Of a stretch of DNA of 64,000 bases, positions 39,745-49,700 are shown piece after piece. The notes under the pieces were generated by a model. It saw only the letters and a program-made list of their open reading frames with translations. It did no database searches and was not told where the DNA came from. Each line of letters begins with the position of its first letter. Within the stretch, counting starts at the first letter, position 1. The DNA comes from Antedon mediterranea. Lineage: Eukaryota; Animalia; Echinodermata. The stretch spans positions 26,548,070 through 26,612,069 of the forward strand of contig NC_092671.1 of the NCBI RefSeq assembly GCF_964355755.1, given 5' to 3'. The translations under genes and the position numbers were made by a program.

Positions 39745-41189
39745 TTCTGTCAAAATCTTTATTTATTTATTTATTTATTTATTTATTCTTTCCTTAGCAC
39801 TATTTTGTCCGTGCATTATCTTGGCATCAGTTTAATCTAGCTAAGTCAAGTTTTCAGAGTATATTCCTCATGGCCAGGAATCGATGTGGTTATATTTTCA
39901 CGATGCGTAATCAAAAATTACGCGGTCTACGCGCGATTTTACGAAATCACGTTTGTAATCATATCTTCACAAGCATGAATCACAATTAAACAAAATTTGG
40001 TACTCATAAATTTCAGGTCATATTTCATCATATGGCAATAAAATTACGTGCGTAGCGCATATAACGCTTGCGTACGCGCGCTTAAAATGTTCAAAATTGT
40101 CAAAATTTATTTTCGATGAAATTAGAGTACGTTTCAGGCAATTTTAAGCGTTTAAAAAAATGCCATGAGTGCGCAGATTTTTGCACGCGCACTGCGCGTT
40201 AAACGTTAATGCGCACTCTTTTTGCCCGATTTCTGTTTTACAATCTTTCTTTAATAATATCATCATATTTGATTCAGGTTTCAACTCGAAATTGCGTTAT
40301 ACGAGCACGTCAAAAGTGACTGGCTACGCACGTATAAGTTAACAAAATGGTGAAAATATGCTAAATTTTAAAATTAATATATATCGTCAGAATGCAGGGG
40401 AACACCTATTTTTTATTTCATTTTCTTGAAGTGTATGTATCATATGTATGATTTATTATCAAATAAAGAGAACAAAAGTTGATTAAGTCATCATTAATTG
40501 CATATTAAATTTAAAAAAAATAATTTCGACAATCAAACAAATTATGACATTTTCTTAGGCCAAAATAACAAACTTAACATTAACTTTCTTCCTTCAAAAA
40601 TTCATATATTAAAGTTAAAAGTATGTAGTTTGACAGTGCATCATTTGTATACATTTTAAAGATGTCATCATAGTAAAAAATTATAATTCATTTCGGTATG
40701 TAATAATCTATTTGCATCAAAGTGGTTACTGCATAGTAAATACACGAAGGAATTTTTCTACAACTTTTAGTCAGTTGTGTACGGCTCGGTGGTCTGTGCT
40801 CGTGTCTATGGCACTCAAGGTACCGAGATCGAGTCTCACCTTGGGAAACGAAATAAGATTTTTTTTTATTATCCGTATTGTTTGTTCAAATTTATTTCTT
40901 AGTGTATAGATTATACACATGATTTATAATGAAATCTAGATAAAAATTAACTTATGTCTTTATTATTATGTAACAACAAATGTGGTTTATGACATTATAC
41001 GCATATGGATCTTTGATCGGATTGTGATACCGGCTATGGTGTTCGCGTTAGCAAGGTCCTATCATATATTATAAATAATTAAAGATTCTGAGAAAATCAA
41101 TCAATCAATATATCTTTTAAAAATCAATTATCTTTATTTAAATCAATGCATATAACCTATAATTCGTCATAGTGACGAATTAAATCTAG
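39745..41189 (+). mobile_element. Helitron-like non-autonomous element in the putative supervillin 3' UTR
   Basis: Starts near a (TTTA)n run, has a CpG-rich body, and ends in the hairpin AATTCGTCA-TAG-TGACGAATT (41161-41181) followed by CTAG|T (41186-41190). The 5' boundary is approximate. Confidence 0.6.
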
Positions 41190-42793
41190 TTGTTTTTAAC
41201 TTGGCTAGGTGGCCTTAATTAGTTTTGGCTAGCCAGGTGGCCTTAAAAGATACAATTAAAAGTTTTCTTATGCAGTAATTTTAATTAGATTCCAGACTGT
41301 GCCTTTTAACAGTAATTTTTAATAATTATAATTATTCTCTTTTGTTAGTTCTTTATTTGTTTCTTCTGTTGTCATGCAACTGCAAGTGACCATGGATTAA
41401 AGAATCCATGAAGTGACATAATAACATAATTGAGTTTCTATTATATAAATAATTTGTAACTAACACCTTTAAATATAAATGTAACAAACTTGTGTAATGT
41501 AAATTTCTATATCGTTTAATTATGGAAAGAGACAATTATAAATGTTAAAATGGTTATAAAGGGTTTGTTCGGAATGTCCATTAGTTGCAATTAATGTACA
41601 AATTAAAAAATAAAACAACATTTGCTGCTATCAGAAATTGCAAAAGTCAATAAGAACACTACCAAAGAAACATTCAAATTTGCAGTTAATTTGCATTGCA
41701 AAAAATTAGTGATTTAAATATATGCAAATGAATGTTGTTATTTTTTGTCTTGTTCTTTTTATTGTTTGCTTATTGCATTTGAAGGTGTTCTATAAGTTTT
41801 GGTAGCTGAGTTTATAAAAGCATTTTATTCCTTATGTTTGAGTCTTCCAGCTCGTATGATTGCCATTTGTTTTATGTGGAATTAAAAATGCCATATATTA
41901 GAAAATTGGTGCTCTCAGATTGAATAATGATATTTTCTTTAGCAAAATAGAAAAATAATATTGTAAATATCAACACTGTTTTAAAAAATATTGTTCATAA
42001 TTTGGGTGAAAGGAAAGTGCGTTTCATATTCCATAAACATTTTTTACGACATTGAGTTTGTGTTTTTTAGCTTTGAAATCCTGGACTACAGTTCGTAGTA
42101 TGTAAATTGTTACGTTTTGTTTCTTCATTGTAGTGCTGTTTTATTATCTTCAGCATCTTAACACATCAGTGCAATTGATTATTGTTTAACATAAGTAGAC
42201 AAAAGAAATGGCGTCTTAATTTAACTGTACAAATGTAGAGCTTATTTTCCTGAAATTTGAATGAAATAACTACTTTAGATGATGATGGTGATGATGATGA
42301 TGACGTCATTCAACGTATGACTGAACGAGAATGACGTCATTCGACGTATGACTGAACAAGAATGACGTCATTTTGACGTCATTCAACTGCAACATATTTT
42401 GTTTAATCTTTCTAGATATAGAAATTTTATAGAGGGAACAAGTACGATTACGTAAACAGTAATTATTTCCAAGCTATACTAAAACAAAAATTCTATCATT
42501 TTGATATGAATAATTATTTTTATTGCTATTGTCATTATTAATACTTGTAATTTAGTGTATATTTCAAAAATATTACATAGAATTATTTTTCTGCTATGAA
42601 AGTATAATTTGTTATTAATGTATAGCTATGTATTTTTTAGTGTTATAGTTTCTATAGCGTATATATCTTTTTAGATTTTTTAGTGTGTATAAATATATAA
42701 TTGTTTATCAATACTTTATTTAGAAAATTAGTACTGTACTTTAGCATTTGTATTCTGCAAATCAGTACTTCTTGATATTACATTGCGTTATTT

Positions 42794-42799
42794 AATAAA
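42794..42799 (+). terminator. Candidate polyadenylation signal for supervillin (long ~4-kb 3' UTR)
   Basis: AATAAA ends a long U-rich tract and is followed ~20 nt later by a GU-rich element (TTTGTTTTGTATTGTTTG). Earlier sites cannot be excluded. Confidence 0.4.
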
Positions 42800-43764
42800 G
42801 CTTGTAAAAATATAGATACGTTTGTTTTGTATTGTTTGCAGTTTTTTACGATTTAATTAATACTCGCTAGCGTTTCCGTTCGAAATTAAAAAAAAATTAT
42901 ATTGAAATTGATTCAACGTCAACAATATTATATAGTTCTACTAGCCTAGACTGTCTTTTTCCGGACGTACACATCGCGACTCTACAGACACAAAACCCAA
43001 ATGATTCATCTAATGTTAATTAGCCAAGTTATCTTTATAAGTAGGCTTAAATAGTGCGCATATGTTTTTGTCTTTTTTCTGAATTACCGAAGGGCCGTTT
43101 ATTTCTTTGTGTATTTCATATAGTGTTTTGACCCAAAATGTCAAAAGAACATTCGCCAGCAACATTTCTGCATAGTAAAATGGTTTTCTTTTTGTAACTA
43201 TTCCCATATGAAGAAAAAAACGTAGATCTCAAAACCGCAATCAGACTTCTTGTTTTGGTTTGGTGAGTTTTACCACAACCGTGCAAAGCAAAAAGCACGT
43301 GTTTGAATCAGTAAGTTTAGCCGAGTTTGGTTGTGAAACTATATCGGTAGCAAGCGGGAAAGTGGATCTTTAACCGTCTTATCGTCAAGGAAAGTTACTA
43401 TAGGCTATTCGCATGGAAGTTATGGTAAAACTTACAATTGGTCGATAAGTCTACAAAACAAATGCGATTACGGAACTGAAACATTATTCAAAACTACAAA
43501 GAATGTTATTGTGAGGTTGTAATGATATTTATTGCACTAAATTGTTTAGTTTTACCATTCTGTATATTAATACAATAGAAATGTCTCATAAAATAACAAA
43601 TTATCAAGGAATAAAAAATATGTTCGTTACTGTCATGTATACATTTTAAACGAGCTTCGATTTCTCTCATTTTTCCTGCAGAATCGTTGGTTCTGTACCA
43701 GATTTAAAACATAAAAAAATAACTGTTTACGTGCCATTCTTCATAACAATCGAACCAAATGGCT

Positions 43765-46700
43765 TTAATCTAGCATATTAAAGTACGTGGAATCTGTGGC
43801 TTGTGTAAGGAATGTAGAGCACGTGGACCCCGTGCTTACATGTGGCGTGCTTGCAACTATTACTTTAACAAAACCTGGACATGGTCGAATGCTGCCGTTG
43901 TTGCATTCAATACAGGCGTGTGTGTATTGACGAGGCGTCCTGGAAGAACGGTTCAAGTTCTTAGGTCCAATACGCGATGGATACACCTGGAAAACAGAAA
44001 ATAGCAGGTAAGAGAGTGTGTATGAGCTGTATATAAAGAGCATTCTTCCATTGCTAACTGGAGTTATTGGCTTAATTTAGAAGCGAGTATAATCTTGTAG
44101 ACACATCATGTTAATGCAGCTGAAACTACAAGTCAAGTACAAGTATATATACATGTCTAGGTAGGTTTTTAGCTAGGTGGTTTTTGAAGTCATAAATGCA
44201 CTTAGTATTAGTGTATTGTTCATTTTTAGGAATTTGTTTTCATTTTTATTGTGTGCAATTTTTCAAGACTTTTCTTGCCACTCCTGGTAAACAAGGCGTT
44301 CATGTTCCTTTGTGAAATTACTGTTTGTCAATGGTGTTGTAATTATTTCAAACGCTTGCTTACTGAATAAATAAACTCTTAAGAATCAAGGTATTAGAAA
44401 CAAACAAAAAATGGTTGCCACAAGAGAAATACAAGTTACAAAGCACTAAATCGGATGGTGTTAAAAATTAAGGTTAAACGTGTTAATTACCTCAAAATCG
44501 TCTGGATCGTTGTACTGAAACAAATAAAAAGGAACAGTATTACAACAAAAAATCATTGGTTAACACAAAATCATCAATACAACTTTAGTTATCATTAACG
44601 TTCTCTTAGCAAGATATAACGCATAATTATACGTTTTTGTACGGTGTAATTGAATTCTAATTTGTCTTTTACTCAATGTACCTATTTTAGCGGGTTAACA
44701 AATCACCTGAAAACGGTAATAGGTTAATTGAAATAGTTGTTTAATGTTCATATTATATTGACTTCCGGTACTGAATTTTAGAAGATAAAGAATTTAAATT
44801 CGTTAAGATGTATACCCTACATAATAATCTGTTAAGCGATATTTTAGTAGGCTCTTTAAACTACTTCCTTTCTACTGACATTTTAGTCAATGGGATTTTA
44901 TTTGATCACTTTATTTCAGAATAAATATTCGATATATACTACTGAATATATACTACTGTATATATACTACTGTATATACTACTGAATATATACTACTGAA
45001 TATATACTACTGTATATATACTACTGAATATATACTACTGTATATATACTACTGAGTATATACTACTGTATATATACTACTGTATATATACTACTGTATA
45101 TATACTACTGTATATATACTGCTGTATATATACTGCTGTATATATACTGCTGTATATATACTGCTGTATATATACTGCTGTATATATACTGCTGTATATA
45201 TACTGCTGTATATATACTGCTGTATATATACTACTGTATATATACTGCTGTATATATACTGCTGTATATATACTGCTGTATATATACTACTGTATATATA
45301 CTACTGTATATATACTACTGTATATATACTACTGTATATATACTACTGTATATATACTGCTGTATATATACTGCTGTATATATACTGCTGTATATATACT
45401 GCTGTATATATACTGCTGTATATATACTGCTGTATATATACTGCTGTATATATACTGCTGTATATATACTACTGTATATATACAACAACAAATAACACAA
45501 AACCGGAAAATCAAACTAAAATAGGATTTTTTCTCACTTGGTGTAGATATTTGAATATCGGAACAAATAGTTCGTGGTACACCTATCGTTTTCACTATTC
45601 ACAATTCTTAATCTAATCTGTTTAGCTAAAAAATTACCCTTTTTGGACACAAATTGCAAGAAAATGGTTTTTTTATGAAATGTGTTCTTTAGACCCTACT
45701 GAACACATTTATCAATGTTAGAAATTGGCCTAATTTGCATAATTTAAAATGGCGGCCATTTTTAATAACTCTGTATCTTGGAAACCGCTAGGTGTCAAAA
45801 TCTTTAGAATATATGTTTTTAAATTCGCTTTAATAAAAAAAGTTTGTCCAAAAATGAATGGAAGTGCTATTTCTAACATTATTGACCTTGATGTGTTCAG
45901 TAGGGTCTAAAGAAGACATTTCATGCAATTAGTTTGATTTAAAAGTCTAAATCCCATGGAATAATTTAGAAGATGAAGATTTTAAATTGGTAGGCCAAGA
46001 TGTACCTATTTGCTAAGGTAAAAACCAACGCTTAGGATTTAACAAGATATTATACAATTAGAACTAAAGGTAACTAAATTAATTGAAAGATTTGTTAATG
46101 TTCTGAAATTAAGAATAGTACTGACATTTTAGAAGATGAAGATTTTATATTAGTAAAGAAAAAGGTACAAAACGAATACAGTATTTCAATAGGCACTTTA
46201 AATCTCACTACACAGCAAAAACATTCCACTTATTGACAACCTCTTTTAGAAGATTCTATTATAAAAACATCATCAATGAGAGGAAGATTGTTTTGGCTAT
46301 ATACTATATCTGCGAAGACTATCTTACCGTATTTTTGCATGTATAGCATGCTACGGGGATTCCTGCTTGACCTCGACTGGTGAACTGATTGCCGCACTTG
46401 CTGCAATTGTACTCACACCATCCGTATTCAAGCTCTTTGGGAATTGCATTGTAGCGAACTTTACAGTTCGGACACCTGTTTAATGATAAATAAATAAACA
46501 TATTCGATACTTTTCCGATAAATTTTGCAGTTTCGTAAATATAGTAATTTATTGTGATTTCAATCTTTACACTTTGCGCTTTTGCAATATATATCTAGCT
46601 AGTTGTGGTTAGTTTCCTCTTTTTTCAACTACAGTATATATATGATACTTTCTTATTTTTAAAATTAGCGTGTTGAACTGTTCAAATAGAAATAATATCG

Positions 46701-49700
46701 TGATCTATTATGCTAATGCGGTGTTTTGTTATTGTGATTTGAGGTGATAGAACTGATCATTGATTTAATAATAATTTTAGGTTCACTTAAAATGATACGG
46801 TGAATATGAACCCAGTTTTGAGATGAGATTTTATTTTCCAGAGCCGAGCCGGAACGTAGCCCCACCGGAGCCGGACCGGAGGAGGTGTGAAAGACGCTTC
46901 ACAGTAAGCAAACTAGAATGTTGCCAGTTTAGAATCTACTAATTACCTAGATACAGGTTTATAAGCAAATACGTGTCTCCAGTAAACTCGATCACATGGC
47001 CTGCATCCAAACTCTCGGTGTTCCTCCAGTTGTTTGTTATGTGTCTTCAAGTTGTCTAGAGTGAGGGTTGCTACACCTTCTGGACATTCTGTTGGACACG
47101 GATTCCGGTCCTGTTTAAAATACAACGTTATTAAAACTAGTGACCATAAACGTAATAAAATCAACATCGGCGTTGCAAATCATCATCAACTTATACATAG
47201 ACAATATACATGATACAAAAAAGCAGTAGAAAACGTTGATAAAATCTCATAGCCTATTACATTTAGTACTCATTATAGCAGCTGAATAAAACCAACGAGA
47301 TGGACAGGTAAGGTCTACTGTTACGCAGAACTTTTTAAAAAACACCACTGAACACTGCACTGAACTGGGTTGTTGTTGTTGGCGTCGTTTTTTCTGCTCG
47401 TAAATTATCAACAAAATCGATCAACACATTTTAAATCTTGCCTGACAAACGTCACCTAAAAGCCTGACTTATTAAATTCGAACTGCAAACTTCTTTTATG
47501 AATCGCATTTGAAGTAATTGCTCGAATTAGCACTTTTTTACTTTTTACTAAAGTCCGGTTCAAGAATACGGGCGTACGAATTTTTGTCATTGACTTTTTT
47601 TACAATCAATTTTATCCACAACTTTCTTTCCTTGGCGTTTAGTTTTAATGGAAGTAGACCTATAAATTCTGAATTGATAGGAAAGAAGAAAAAAACTTAC
47701 ACCGGTCAGACGTCTTTGAAGCATACCCACTGTTACTTCTACGCGTTGTTTTTCTCCTCTTACGAGGAAGTGAATTGTGCCATTGCTGGCAATTGTAAAT
47801 TCCATGTGTAGAAGATTCAACTGTTCCTGCATTATAGCACAGCAGACAGATTTCACCTAAATGAATTAATAACTATGTAAAGTAGGCCTAGCAAACATTT
47901 AGGATCTTTCATGTATTGTCCGACAAAACATGAAAAATGAAGATTAATTTTTAAAAAAGACTTGATTAAATAGCCTATGTCATTTTGCAGTTTTAATAAA
48001 TAAAGTTAATCACTTCTGTAGAAAAAAAAATGTCGCTTAAAAAAAGACCAAATAAACCATTAAATTCAACCAAAAACCCATATGACCCAAAGCCTATAGT
48101 AATAGCGTTTGTCATTTTTGTTCATCGCTCCTCCTAATTGAAAGTCATGAATCGTGACCCGGATGTAAATTTATAAAACTATTAAATCAATCAACTTAGA
48201 AATATCTTTGTCGGTATAGCTTGTGAAACAAAACAAAAGAATGAAAGTGTAATTGCCTTTCTTACCTTATCTCTCTGTTCGGAGATTTCGTCTCCATGAA
48301 ATTTAAAATTTTCACTGCTAACGTAAAAACTCTGAAATTGTAAATTTACAATCAATTAGAAAAGCATTGCCTACCATAGATATATAGTCTTCTGCGCAAA
48401 GTGGCAGTCACCACCAATTGACATTAAACCAATCTAAAGGCCCATTTACACCAAGAGACGATAACGATCAACGATAAATATACAAATAGGCATATAGGCC
48501 TAGGCCTAGATGCATTTTCCATACATAAAACTAACGAAATATTATAGGCCTAAAACTTTTCATTAGAACTATAGAATACCCATCTAGCCTAGGCGCGCCC
48601 TAGGCTTAGTAGGCTATGCTTCCTTTTATTTGATAAAAATGACATTTTCACACGTCCAATCAAATGACGTCATGATTATCCTAGTAAGAGCAATATCGTG
48701 ACATTGGAACAGTTTACCAGCCGACGCACAGTGGGCCAGAATTGGTTCAAAGTGTGCCAAAAGTCCATCCGCATAAATAAATACTGATTACCTTAATTTT
48801 TAAAGGATCTAATGGGTTTTCAGACCCGTAGAATTTAATGGAAGTATTTTTAAATAGGTATGACGTAATACAAATGGTGTTTTCTGATTGGTTGAGGCGA
48901 ATGTGCTTGTAATTCTTATGTCGATTGATATTACATTCATTATTGAAAGTGTAAGGGTTTCTATTACACCCAATAAATCCAACTGGAACATTTTCTTAAT
49001 ATATTAGACGTCATAAAATAATAATTTTTGATTAGATGACTTTAATGTGTGATTAAATTGCATCCGTGATTAAAACGTACTTAAATTATTTAAAGATCCA
49101 CAGAGTTCAATGAAACCATCTTCATCAGTATAATGTCATTACAAATACTGTTTTCTGATTGTGTGAATAATATTAATATTGAGAATAGGTTTTTATTGCA
49201 TGTTACAAATAAGGGTTTAAATGACTGAAATACATCACTTATGTTGTTGTTTTCATTGTATGTTTTCGTTGATAGACTCTTCGCTCATCATACCTATCAG
49301 TAATACAGAACTCGAAATAATTGATGAACCATGAACTAGGAGAACATGTACACTCACTGGCATTTTATACCATGGATAGAGTTGTATATATAACTCTGCT
49401 GTTTTTCGGCAGTAGTCCTTAAATTGTAAAGGGTCTAAACACGTACTAGATTTTATTACATCCAACCCGCAAATTTCAGCGAAAGTCTCCTTTTCCTGGA
49501 GAGCTAGCTCTGCAAGCTATGTTTCCATTGTTTTCCTGAACCTTGTTTAAGTTCATCTACTTTCATTCCTATATCTTTTTTAAATCGATCGTGTATTTCT
49601 TTTCTTCATATCGGCAACGATGGCTTTTTCACTATCAGACGAAATACGCCACTTTTTTTAATGGCATTCTGTACCAATATGAATTAGCATTTCAAAGCAC

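Noticed and set aside
43801-44004. Plus-strand Cys-containing ORF (MCKEC...) overlapping SHFL, and similar antisense ORFs over SVIL and KIF9 exons
   Set aside because: Antisense shadows of real exons with no independent gene structure.
48768-49230. Possible RAG2-like gene tail-to-tail with the transposase (ProtoRAG layout)
   Set aside because: Only ~460 bp of AT-rich, stop-rich sequence with no kelch or PHD remnants. The protein motifs are Transib-type rather than RAG1L-type.
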